Virus record (IMG/VR): IMGVR_UViG_3300033233_000048 | Span: 1 to 56,034 of that record | Source: a virus | Lineage: Duplodnaviria; Caudoviricetes | DNA: 56,034 nucleotides | Direction: 5' to 3' (one strand) | In this document: positions 8,527 to 17,012 of the stretch, piece by piece | How the letters are laid out: every line of letters begins with the position of its first letter | Numbering within the stretch: the first letter of the stretch is position 1 | Notes under the pieces: generated by a model | What the model saw: the letters and a program-made list of their open reading frames with translations, nothing else | Told to the model about the DNA's origin: nothing | Databases searched by the model: none | Position numbers and translations under genes: made by a program

Positions 8527-8588
8527 AGACCATTTGTTCGATATGCTATATTGATATATATAGATATGTCTATTAGAACAAACGTTCG
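8527..8588. promoter_or_regulatory. Two LexA (Cheo-type GAAC-N4-GTTC) box-like sites flanking an extended -10 element
   Basis: AGAAC-AAAC-GTTCG at 8575-8588; AGACC-ATTT-GTTCG at 8527-8540 (one mismatch); TGcTATATT at 8544-8552. Confidence 0.5.
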
Positions 8589-8807
8589 GGCGTTTTGCAA
8601 GGTCTATTGCAAGGTCGGACGGTCAGTCTTGACCTTGCAATCGGTCCTGACCTAGACCCGCGAGAGACAGCGCGGACGGTCGAGGCAGGGAACGCGGTCC
8701 AGTGACGCGGCGCGGTGCCAGAGGGTAGGGTCCGGCCAGTATCGGCCCCATTGCGCGCGTACGTCCGGCGCGAGTCTGGACGTTTCTAGACCTAGGAGAC
8801 TCCCCCA

Positions 8808-9188
8808 ATGGCTGAAACATTCACGGCGCGCGTGACCGCCCTAGCGGTCACTAGCGCGCTCCGCAAGGTCGGACTCGACCGCAAGGTGGACGCGAAGCGC
8901 GTCCGCGCCTACGTGCGGGATACGATGCCAGCGTACGATGATGGCCTCTACACGGCGCACCTCTACAGCGCCGCGCTACGGGACCGCATCGTTGCAGGCA
9001 TGGTCAAGCGGTACCAAGCAGGTCGGCCCGCCAGCGCGTCACTCGGGCGTGCGTCTAAGGTCGCTACAGAGGCGGCCGTCGAGGCGCAGACTCGCAAGAC
9101 GCACAAGACCGGCCCGAAGGTCGAACGGACGGCACCGAACGGGACGCCCGTTCGCGTCATCACCCGGGACACTTCCGCCGATGCGTAG
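8808..9188 (+). CDS. Basic putative DNA-binding protein (GC-rich island)
   Basis: TAGGAG RBS; VDAKRVRAYVRD resembles an HTH helix. Confidence 0.7.
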   Translation: MAETFTARVTALAVTSALRKVGLDRKVDAKRVRAYVRDTMPAYDDGLYTAHLYSAALRDRIVAGMVKRYQAGRPASASLGRASKVATEAAVEAQTRKTHKTGPKVERTAPNGTPVRVITRDTSADA

Positions 9189-9298
9189 TCCCGTACTTAC
9201 ACGTTGCCGCTACTGCGGCAGCGTCCGCTACATCGTGGCCCGATGGGCCGACCGCGTGGTCATCATGTGCGCATGGTGCGACCGCCGCACAGTGCGCC

Positions 9299-9496
9299 AT
9301 GCATAACATGGCTCGACCCCTCACAAACGCTGAACTAGCAGAACGCGTGCGCAATGCGCGGTCGCGGCGGGATTGGCCCACCGCCCGCGAGTACGGCGCG
9401 CTCATGACGCCGGACCCTTCGGACGATGTGACCGACCCGGACGCCTGGCCCGAATGGTGCCCGACTTGCGGGGAACGTCACCCGTGCGAGTGTTAG
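9299..9496 (+). CDS. Small protein with C-terminal CPTC..HPCEC motif
   Basis: ORF in the GC-rich island. Confidence 0.5.
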   Translation: MHNMARPLTNAELAERVRNARSRRDWPTAREYGALMTPDPSDDVTDPDAWPEWCPTCGERHPCEC

Positions 9497-9511
9497 CACC
9501 TTAGACCCCCT

Positions 9512-9554
9512 GACCGGGATAGACCGACGGACCGCCCGCCAGTCTATCCCGGTC
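9512..9554. terminator. 13-bp perfect inverted repeat ending the GC-rich island (terminator-like, no U-tract)
   Basis: GACCGGGATAGAC ... GTCTATCCCGGTC. Confidence 0.55.
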
Positions 9555-9785
9555 GGCCCCAAAAGGCCCAGCCGGTGTTGCAGGTTTAGAAGATGTATGA
9601 TGTTTTTCTAAGATCTGATTCAACTTGGCGCCACCCATAGACCTGGCTGTGGCAGAAGTCATGGAGTGAGCTGCTCGAGGCTCGTAGCCATCCTGTAACC
9701 CAGGTGGCAACATTTACTCACTACGGCTTCATGTATGATTATGACTTAGAAACTTAAGAGTGATGCTGATGCTCTAAACAACCAT

Positions 9786-9910
9786 AACCCTGTACAGGGA
9801 AACTGATGATCTATGAAAAAATGGGCATAGTTTGATTTATTTCTTATCTCTTCCCCTAAATTGGTCATCAATCTCTATTAACCCTGTACAGGGTTACTGA
9901 TGATCTTTGA
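9786..9910. repeat. Direct repeat with palindromic core upstream of the terminase module
   Basis: TAACCCTGTACAGGG-aa/tt-ACTGATGATCT-a/t-TGA at about 9786 and 9879. Confidence 0.8.
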
Positions 9911-9941
9911 TGTATTCAGGTGAGGAGAAGGGAGAGCCTCC

Positions 9942-9970
9942 TTGACATATGATTTAAGATAGTATAAGAT
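9942..9970 (+). promoter_or_regulatory. Sigma70-type promoter for the late/packaging operon
   Basis: TTGACA-17 bp-TAAGAT. Confidence 0.65.
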
Positions 9971-10101
9971 AGGAGAGTAGTTGAGGTTTCTAGTCTCACT
10001 AGAGCCCCAGTTCACTCATAACCCTCTGGTCTTCCAGGGGGAGGAGTTAAGAACCAAAACCTCCCGACTACAGGGTTCGTTTCTCTTAGGAGATCGTACC
10101 C

Positions 10102-10743
10102 TTGGAAGCACCATACATCATAATCAAGGGGAAAGATTATTATACATCTCTTCCCTATGATGCTTTCAGGGAAACCCTCGATTGCCATCATTCCCATCTC
10201 TACATCCTCAAAAATTATGAGGATCAACCACTTTTTTGTGGGCTCTGTTTCTACCGAGAAGGCTGGGAGAGTGAGCTTCCTACCAGAGTTCACCTGTTCA
10301 AGACACTTGCAGAGAATGGTAATCCAGAAACTTCACCTAAGTTCATAGCCCATATGTTTCTGGTAATGGGCTTAGAACCTCCGCCAGGAATTCTTCCGCT
10401 CCATAAGTTCCAGAAACTACGGTCCCCTCGCGCGCGTGAGCAATATACCAAGCCATCATGGGGGCTCTTCCCCATCGCATCATCCCTGTGGAAGCTGATG
10501 GGATATCAACCTCCACTGGCGATTGTTCTTGTTCGCGGAGCGGGTGGGCGCTCAGAACCACAGATAGCTGATGAATTGAACTTATCTATCCTCGATGTTC
10601 ATATAAGAATGGCGAAGGCAATTCGTACCGCGATGGGGTATCTTCCAAATGGCCGACATTATCGTTCTAGATCCAGCGGAACGAACATCACCCAAAGTGA
10701 GACGAAATCTAGAAGCGACGAACCGCGGTATGAAAGTGCTTAA
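10102..10743 (+). CDS. Protein with C-terminal sigma70 region 4/LuxR-like HTH, possibly a late transcription regulator
   Basis: TAGGAG RBS; GRSEPQIADELNLSILDVHIRMAKAIR. Confidence 0.6.
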   Translation: MEAPYIIIKGKDYYTSLPYDAFRETLDCHHSHLYILKNYEDQPLFCGLCFYREGWESELPTRVHLFKTLAENGNPETSPKFIAHMFLVMGLEPPPGILPLHKFQKLRSPRAREQYTKPSWGLFPIASSLWKLMGYQPPLAIVLVRGAGGRSEPQIADELNLSILDVHIRMAKAIRTAMGYLPNGRHYRSRSSGTNITQSETKSRSDEPRYESA

Positions 10744-11266
10744 TCCTCGCGGAGCGAAAACCGTAGAAGAAGTCGAATCGGGGATGATTAAACGAAATCC
10801 TCGGATTCGCTATTCCGGTATGAAAGCCAGGATGGAGATGGCGGCTCAGGTTCTGGCTGTGGGAGGAACTCAGAGGCTTGCTGCTAAGTACGCAGGATGT
10901 AGCGAGCGCCAGATTAAGAAGTATTATACAGACCCCGATTTTCGTGTTCGCATTGAAGAGTTGAGAACAGTCCTCGCTTCGAAGGTTAAGGGTCGTATTT
11001 TTAGAGAACTGAGCCGTCGTACGACTAGTGATAAGATCAAGCAGATGGAGTTGCTTGATATGCTCCGCATCCTGGACCGGATAACGGTTGGCGGCAAGGG
11101 AATGGCGATCAACGTGTCTGGAGATGTTAATGTCGGCGACACCAACTATTATGAAGCGATTCTTGCCTCGCTCTTCAATCCTAACTCCGGACCGGATGGC
11201 GGCGATTTTCCGGTCTACGAACCTGATCGCATTCGATTATCAAGCGGAAGTCCACCAGTCGAATAA
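10649..11266 (+). CDS. terS: Terminase small subunit (HTH)
   Basis: HTH-like GGTQRLAAKYAGCSERQIKKY; lies immediately upstream of terL. Confidence 0.6.
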   Translation: MADIIVLDPAERTSPKVRRNLEATNRGMKVLNPRGAKTVEEVESGMIKRNPRIRYSGMKARMEMAAQVLAVGGTQRLAAKYAGCSERQIKKYYTDPDFRVRIEELRTVLASKVKGRIFRELSRRTTSDKIKQMELLDMLRILDRITVGGKGMAINVSGDVNVGDTNYYEAILASLFNPNSGPDGGDFPVYEPDRIRLSSGSPPVE

Positions 11267-12557
11267 GAGATTTAGGGTTGTCAATGGGGGGCGACGGATC
11301 GGGAAATCCCAATTGGGGGGTCGAGAAGCATTCGCGCAATGCGTGATTCCCGGGTCTATGGTCTGGGTTGTTGGACCTTCTATGGACCTGGCGGAGAAGG
11401 AATTCCGAGTAGTCTGGCAACTGACTGTGGATCAGGGCTATATCCCTATTCGTCGTAAGTCAGAACGAGAAACTTTTATTCAGTTCGAAAATGGCTCCAT
11501 GATTGAATGTCGATCTGAAGAGAACCCAGATCAGCTGATTGGAGAAGGTCTTGATCTTGTCATTCTTGCAGAAGCTGCAAGACTCAAGGAACGCACATGG
11601 CATCAATACATCAGACCCGCTCTTGCGGATCGCCAGGGCCGTGCTCTATTTACCAGCACTCCTCGAGGCTTTAACTGGTTCCATAACTTCTACAACAAGG
11701 GTCAAGAATCGGGGAACCCGGACCACAGTTGGTGGCAAAGTTGGACGATCCCATCTAGAATGAATCCTCTTCTTCCTGCGGGGGAGATTGAGGAGGCAAG
11801 GAAGAATACGACGCCGGAGGCCTTCGCACAAGAATGGGAGGCTAAGTTCATCGCATATGGTGGTTTGGTATTCCCAGAGTTCGATGAAACGGTCCACGTT
11901 CGTTCTCTTCAATATAATCCTCTTCTTCGTACTTCTCTTTGGGTGGATCCTGGTTCTGCTGCCCCCTATGCCTGCCTCCTAGTTCAGATCTCATCTGATG
12001 AACATGTCACAGTTCTCGATGAGATTTACGTAACACAGAGAACTACTGCTCAGATCATTCGGATAGCAGAAGAGAAGTGGCGACCTTACCTTCTTAATGA
12101 GTGGGGGAACCCACGAGATGAGATCGACGTTGTCGTAGATCGGGCTGCCGCTGAAGCAGTTGCAACGTGGAGACTCAGAGGCTATCGAACTCGAAATGAG
12201 AAACCTATCAGTATCCCCCGTGGGATTGAAGTTCACCATATGTTTTTGAGGGATCCACTCAGAAGCACTACTGATGTAATCGTTCCTCGAGTTCTCTATG
12301 ATCCTAAATGTGTCAATGCCATCAGAGAGCATGGCCTCTATCACTATCCTGATACGATCAGACAGAGAGTAGAGACGAATCCGTCCGAACGCCCTGTGGA
12401 TGTAGATAATCATACTATTGATGCAATGAGATATGGTTATTATAACTACTTCCCAGAATTATTCAATGAAGAAAGAGGGGCAACCACCATTGAATACGCT
12501 TCTTGGGATGAATTCATTCCAGATCTCCGAGAAAGAGTTAGACTCGGTTATGATTGA
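11088..12557 (+). CDS. terL: Terminase large subunit (true start probably 11151 or 11196)
   Basis: Q motif, Walker A GGRRIGKS, Walker B-like LVILAEAA, FTSTPRG, nuclease VDPG and DNHTIDAMRY. Confidence 0.95.
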   Translation: MAAREWRSTCLEMLMSATPTIMKRFLPRSSILTPDRMAAIFRSTNLIAFDYQAEVHQSNKRFRVVNGGRRIGKSQLGGREAFAQCVIPGSMVWVVGPSMDLAEKEFRVVWQLTVDQGYIPIRRKSERETFIQFENGSMIECRSEENPDQLIGEGLDLVILAEAARLKERTWHQYIRPALADRQGRALFTSTPRGFNWFHNFYNKGQESGNPDHSWWQSWTIPSRMNPLLPAGEIEEARKNTTPEAFAQEWEAKFIAYGGLVFPEFDETVHVRSLQYNPLLRTSLWVDPGSAAPYACLLVQISSDEHVTVLDEIYVTQRTTAQIIRIAEEKWRPYLLNEWGNPRDEIDVVVDRAAAEAVATWRLRGYRTRNEKPISIPRGIEVHHMFLRDPLRSTTDVIVPRVLYDPKCVNAIREHGLYHYPDTIRQRVETNPSERPVDVDNHTIDAMRYGYYNYFPELFNEERGATTIEYASWDEFIPDLRERVRLGYD

Positions 12558-12784
12558 GTTCTCCTATGAGTGAAACACACACTTCTGGGAATGGTGGTGA
12601 ATCAGCGGTAACAGTGAAACAGATGGTACTCATCCATGATAAAGAGATTGATGTACTTAAGGCTTGGCGTAATGAATTAATTGGCGCTTTTAAACTCATG
12701 CGAATAGCTTTGGGAACGTCGATCCTTTCTGCGATTATTTCGATTGTTGCTCTAGCTGTGATGTTAGGGACAGGGAAACCATGA
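12554..12784 (+). CDS. Small membrane protein with C-terminal TM helix (lysis accessory/holin-like)
   Basis: Coiled N-terminus plus hydrophobic IALGTSILSAIISIVALAVML. Confidence 0.6.
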   Translation: MSSPMSETHTSGNGGESAVTVKQMVLIHDKEIDVLKAWRNELIGAFKLMRIALGTSILSAIISIVALAVMLGTGKP

Positions 12785-12812
12785 GTTATCGGCAGCTACT
12801 TGGGATATTGAC

Positions 12813-13685
12813 GTGAGCTACCGCCTCCCCATCTTTCGACCTCAGCGCAAGGATCCGGTTGAGATACACGCCGACCACGAGAACAATAACTGTGTTATGA
12901 CCTCCGGTGCGATGGGACTCGACTACCACACAGGGGGACGATTGCAAGTTTGGGGTGGCGACCTTCGTCATCGGCAGACTGATCAGGTCAAGGGGACCGA
13001 CCTCAACGATCTCGCGACTGCATGGAAGAGCTACGGTGAGACGCTGGACATTCGCACTGGAAAGGGTTGGTCGGGCGTTGTTGCGGCACTCGACGAGGGC
13101 CGGTGCGTCATCCTGCTGGGCGATAGCGGCGATCTCCCAGCTTCCTGTGCGCAGAGTCAAGATACCGCACACGCCATCCTCATCCACCCCGACCGTGACG
13201 CAACCGGGAAGCGCCGCTACGCCGATCCCTGGTGTTCTCCGCCGGGCTGGAAGTGGGCCACAGATGCCGCCCTGAAGCGCTACGCCGCCCCGCTCGGCGT
13301 ACAGTTCGCCGTCACCGCAGCACAGGAGGATTCCGTGGCCGTCGTCGTCCTCACCCCGCTCATCCCCGTCCGCACCTTCCGCGTTGCCGCCGGGGCGACG
13401 GTGCGCGGCTTCCGGCCCGACAGACCGACCCCGGTGAAGTCGGCCCAGTTCGCGTCGGCGAAGGCGGACGCGACCGCGGTCATCACTCAAACCCCGTCCA
13501 CCCTCGTCCCGCATGGCAGCTTCGTGCGGGCCATCAGCGGCCCCCTCGCGGGGCTCTACATCCCAGCTAGTGAAGTAACACTAGATCCAGCGCCTCCGAC
13601 GGCCGATTGTGCCGCGGCGATCAAAGCAGCGGAGTTACCGCTGTTGAATAAGATTGCGGCTGCAAGAGCCGCGCTTGATAAGTAG
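12813..13685 (+). CDS. Putative endolysin with C39-like (papain-fold) peptidase domain
   Basis: Cys-His-Asp pattern NNCVMTS / HAILI / YADP; flanked by membrane proteins; GC-rich. Confidence 0.65.
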   Translation: MSYRLPIFRPQRKDPVEIHADHENNNCVMTSGAMGLDYHTGGRLQVWGGDLRHRQTDQVKGTDLNDLATAWKSYGETLDIRTGKGWSGVVAALDEGRCVILLGDSGDLPASCAQSQDTAHAILIHPDRDATGKRRYADPWCSPPGWKWATDAALKRYAAPLGVQFAVTAAQEDSVAVVVLTPLIPVRTFRVAAGATVRGFRPDRPTPVKSAQFASAKADATAVITQTPSTLVPHGSFVRAISGPLAGLYIPASEVTLDPAPPTADCAAAIKAAELPLLNKIAAARAALDK

Positions 13686-13702
13686 GAAGGGAGAACAGCA
13701 CA

Positions 13703-13996
13703 ATGGATCTCACTCTCGCAAACGTCCTCACTGCTGGTGGGGCAGTCGCTACTGCGGCGCTCATCACTGGCCTCATCGAGATCTTTAAGAAGCTTCTGCC
13801 AATTATCGGTGCAAGAAAATGGGAGCCATGGTTGGCGTTCGTCTTCAGCCTCGTCATCGTTGTGTTGGCTTTCGCGAGCAGCGCCACAACGCAGACGCTT
13901 GAAACAGCGTTCTGGGCGTTCCTCGCCTGGTACGGCATCGCCACGATCAGCATGGGTATTCATGATCAAGTAACATCAGTCCGCTCAACAGGATAA
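13703..13996 (+). CDS. Holin
   Basis: 97 aa with 2-3 TM helices, directly after the endolysin; GGAG RBS. Confidence 0.75.
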   Translation: MDLTLANVLTAGGAVATAALITGLIEIFKKLLPIIGARKWEPWLAFVFSLVIVVLAFASSATTQTLETAFWAFLAWYGIATISMGIHDQVTSVRSTG

Positions 13997-14117
13997 GAAT
14001 ATATTAGTATGATTGTTGAGGGTCGAGCTGAAGGGGTACGTTGGTCATTCGCAACTCGTGAATTGAGACCAGAAGAAGACCCATATGAAGAATGGGCCGA
14101 ATGTCATTGAAGGATTC

Positions 14118-15863
14118 ATGATGAATCAGGTCCAAGAAGTCATTGCGAAAGTTATCGGACTTGATGACGAATTCAGTTCGATGCGTGGTGAGATGGATAC
14201 CATGGTAGAAACTATGGAACATCTCGCTTCTGATAATGTGTTACTACAACGACAGATTGAAGACCTAGACTATCTCAATCTGTTTGATATGAATCAAATC
14301 AACGAAGTCCTTCCTTTGGGAGATAGGAAGAAGACCTTGGCCCGTCTCCGGCGGCTTCGCCATGACAATCCACTCGCCAAGCAGGCTGTGAAACTGATTA
14401 CACGTTTCACACTTGGCAAGGGCGTTCAATGGGTTTTGGCGAGGCCGTCCGGAGATTCAGCTGATTCACAGAGAGAATCCCCCCCTGTGGTTGAGGCTGT
14501 GATTGATGAACGAGTTGATCCCCTCAGAATTATTATCTCATCATTCTGGAATGACAATGACAATCAATTAGCTGTGACATCTCACTCAGCAATGAAGACT
14601 ATGTTGGATGAGACAGTTACAGACGGTGAAAAGTTCTACGCTTGCTTTGAAAGTAAAGCTGCCCCTTATATCAGAATGAGTGAAGTTCCCCTAGAAGAAA
14701 TTGATGCAATTATCTACGATACTAATAACAAACTTCGCCCAGTTTACTATCGTCGCCAATTCCAAGAACTGGAGTACGATGGCAGTAGCGAACAACTCAG
14801 ACCTAAAGGACAACCGAAGATTCGGTATTATCTAGATTATCGAATTACTGATGAAATGCTATCAGAAGTCACAAAAGGCATCAAGATCCCAAAGAGTAAG
14901 ATCGATCCAGATGCTAGAATCTTCCATAGTATGATCAATGAGATTCAAACGAAGAATGGGAAGCGTGGACTCTCAGAACTTTACTCATCTCGTGAATGGT
15001 TCAGAGTCTTCCGTGAGTTTATGGAAGGCCGAGCAGCAATCAATGCTGCAGCCCAAGCAATCTCCTATGTTAGGAAGATCAAGGGTGGACCCACCTCTGT
15101 GGCTTCATTCTCTGGTAAGTTTGGTGGTTTAGATGTCGGAGATAGTACAGCTAATCAAAGTAGTGAAGTTCGTAAACTGACGAAGCCGATACAAGGCGCA
15201 GTTTATGATACCAACCCGGCGGTTGATATTGATTGGATGAAGACAGATACTGGCGCTGTAAACGCTAAGGAAGATGCGAGAATGCTTCTGATGTCAGCCG
15301 GAGCTGGCGTTGGGACTATGATTCATTACTTCGGTGAAGGTGGAGACGCGAACCTGGCTACTGCTCAATCAATGGAACTGCCAATGGTGAAGTCTTATGA
15401 AGACTGGCAGCAGTTCATTGAAGACTTCTATACTAAGTTGCTCTTCTATGTACTTCAAGTCGCTAATGATGAAGAATCGGCTAAGGAAGATATCACTAGA
15501 GTTGGGTTTAACTTCCCACCGATCATTAGTCAAGATGTTGTGAAACATACGACGGCTTGGGCTCAGATTGTTCGTGATATTGCTCCGAATAACATGTCAG
15601 TTAAGAGGCAAGCAATTCAGAGTGTTCTTACTGTCATGGGTGTTCCAAACATTGATGGCCTCATGCCTGGGATTGAGGGGGAGATGGTAAAGGCTGAAGC
15701 ACTCCGCGTGCAACAGCAACAAGATATGGCCGCAGCTTTTGCATCAGTTCCTCCTAGTGGGAATGGGCCAGTGAAGATTCCAACAAGTGGAGAGAGTCCA
15801 GATTTCAAGCGAATCGCAGCTGGTAAGCCCGAGAGGGTAAGTAATGGTCCGAAGCCAGTATGA
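14118..15863 (+). CDS. Portal protein
   Basis: Size and position after terL and lysis genes; GLSELY, FGEGGDANLATA, FPPI. Confidence 0.85.
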   Translation: MMNQVQEVIAKVIGLDDEFSSMRGEMDTMVETMEHLASDNVLLQRQIEDLDYLNLFDMNQINEVLPLGDRKKTLARLRRLRHDNPLAKQAVKLITRFTLGKGVQWVLARPSGDSADSQRESPPVVEAVIDERVDPLRIIISSFWNDNDNQLAVTSHSAMKTMLDETVTDGEKFYACFESKAAPYIRMSEVPLEEIDAIIYDTNNKLRPVYYRRQFQELEYDGSSEQLRPKGQPKIRYYLDYRITDEMLSEVTKGIKIPKSKIDPDARIFHSMINEIQTKNGKRGLSELYSSREWFRVFREFMEGRAAINAAAQAISYVRKIKGGPTSVASFSGKFGGLDVGDSTANQSSEVRKLTKPIQGAVYDTNPAVDIDWMKTDTGAVNAKEDARMLLMSAGAGVGTMIHYFGEGGDANLATAQSMELPMVKSYEDWQQFIEDFYTKLLFYVLQVANDEESAKEDITRVGFNFPPIISQDVVKHTTAWAQIVRDIAPNNMSVKRQAIQSVLTVMGVPNIDGLMPGIEGEMVKAEALRVQQQQDMAAAFASVPPSGNGPVKIPTSGESPDFKRIAAGKPERVSNGPKPV

Positions 15864-16590
15864 TGATAGTTTCGCGGCGTATCGACGACCTAATGCGCCA
15901 TTCCTACAGTCTACAAGCGATTCCTTTGGACGAGTTGACGGAAGAGCTATTGGAAGATCTTTCTTGGCTGTTGGAAAACGACTCAATTCAATTCTCATAC
16001 GTCTCACTACTGATCTTAGATCCGGTACTATTAGTATTTCGGGATTCACTCTCAGAGCCAGAGCTTTTATTAGAGCAGCTTATTTCTCAGCCTATTCACT
16101 AGGCGCGATATCTATTTTTCCATTCTATACTCTTACTGACAGAGATGTAATGATACTTGATGGTGAGTTAGATGGAGAAACAGGATTTCTGCAAGAATTT
16201 GCTCGTGATATTGCTGGCCACCGACTTTTCCTTGATCCTACTATTCGCACTCGTCTTTATCTCCTCGCCTTGAGGGGTATCTTCGAACGTGGTCGGATAG
16301 AGGCCATGCCGAATGTTCCTTATAGATGGCGACTGGGACCCACAGAACACTGTGATAGATGCTTGACAGTAGCATTGAGTGGACCTTATCAACGTACTAG
16401 GAATAGTGGACTGGGTCTTCTAATTTTACCAGGTTCTCCAGGTGATGGATCTGTTTGTTTAGGGCTTACCCGTTGTGGATGTAGGATTGAACTAGAAAGT
16501 GGGATTCCACTACCGAATGAAGAACTTGCTGATAGATTGAGAGGGTTGTTATTGGAGGCTATGGATGGGATTGGCCCCACTACTGACTGA
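15844..16590 (+). CDS. Head morphogenesis (MuF/gp7-like) protein
   Basis: Follows portal; WRLGPTEHCDRC and C..RCGC motifs. Confidence 0.6.
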   Translation: MVRSQYDDSFAAYRRPNAPFLQSTSDSFGRVDGRAIGRSFLAVGKRLNSILIRLTTDLRSGTISISGFTLRARAFIRAAYFSAYSLGAISIFPFYTLTDRDVMILDGELDGETGFLQEFARDIAGHRLFLDPTIRTRLYLLALRGIFERGRIEAMPNVPYRWRLGPTEHCDRCLTVALSGPYQRTRNSGLGLLILPGSPGDGSVCLGLTRCGCRIELESGIPLPNEELADRLRGLLLEAMDGIGPTTD

Positions 16591-16792
16591 GATTGTTGTC
16601 AGTAAAGAACATCTACCTCTTCGTAGGAAATTTCTTGAAGCTACTGGCTATGGTTCTGATGATCTTTTATCATTGAACTATATCACCAAGATTTTCTTAA
16701 CGAGGAATGGCGGCGAATATCGAGTGAGAGATGACGATTCAATTGAACATCTGGGTGGTCCTCCGCCGGATGTTGAAGATCGCATCTTCTAG
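16565..16792 (+). CDS. Small head-module protein, paralogue A
   Basis: GGAGG RBS; KFLEATGY...LTRNGGEY. Confidence 0.7.
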   Translation: MGLAPLLTEIVVSKEHLPLRRKFLEATGYGSDDLLSLNYITKIFLTRNGGEYRVRDDDSIEHLGGPPPDVEDRIF

Positions 16793-16805
16793 AGAGGTTG
16801 AGATA

Positions 16806-17012
16806 ATGGCCGAGGTTCAGACTAAGAAGCAACCTACACTTCTTGATAAGTTTCTTAAGGCTTCTGGATACAGTTCGAGGGATGTCGATAAGGTCGATGA
16901 ACTTCGTCGTGTTATCCTAACCACTAACGGTGGGAAGTACGTTTATTCTCGACAAGGAGTGCTTCGTACACTCTCTGGCCCATCATATCCGAAGGAGGTC
17001 GCTGAAGAATAA
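16806..17012 (+). CDS. Small head-module protein, paralogue B
   Basis: GAGG RBS; KFLKASGY...LTTNGGKY. Confidence 0.7.
   Translation: MAEVQTKKQPTLLDKFLKASGYSSRDVDKVDELRRVILTTNGGKYVYSRQGVLRTLSGPSYPKEVAEE

Noticed and set aside
9803-9905. Hammerhead cores in the CTGATGA repeats
   Set aside because: No GAAA after a stem II and no stems I/III. Better explained as DNA repeats.
12786-13514. Long antisense or alternative-frame ORFs in GC-rich islands (also 23491-25283 and 54740-55977)
   Set aside because: Expected shadow ORFs of high-GC3 genes, with no RBS or motifs.
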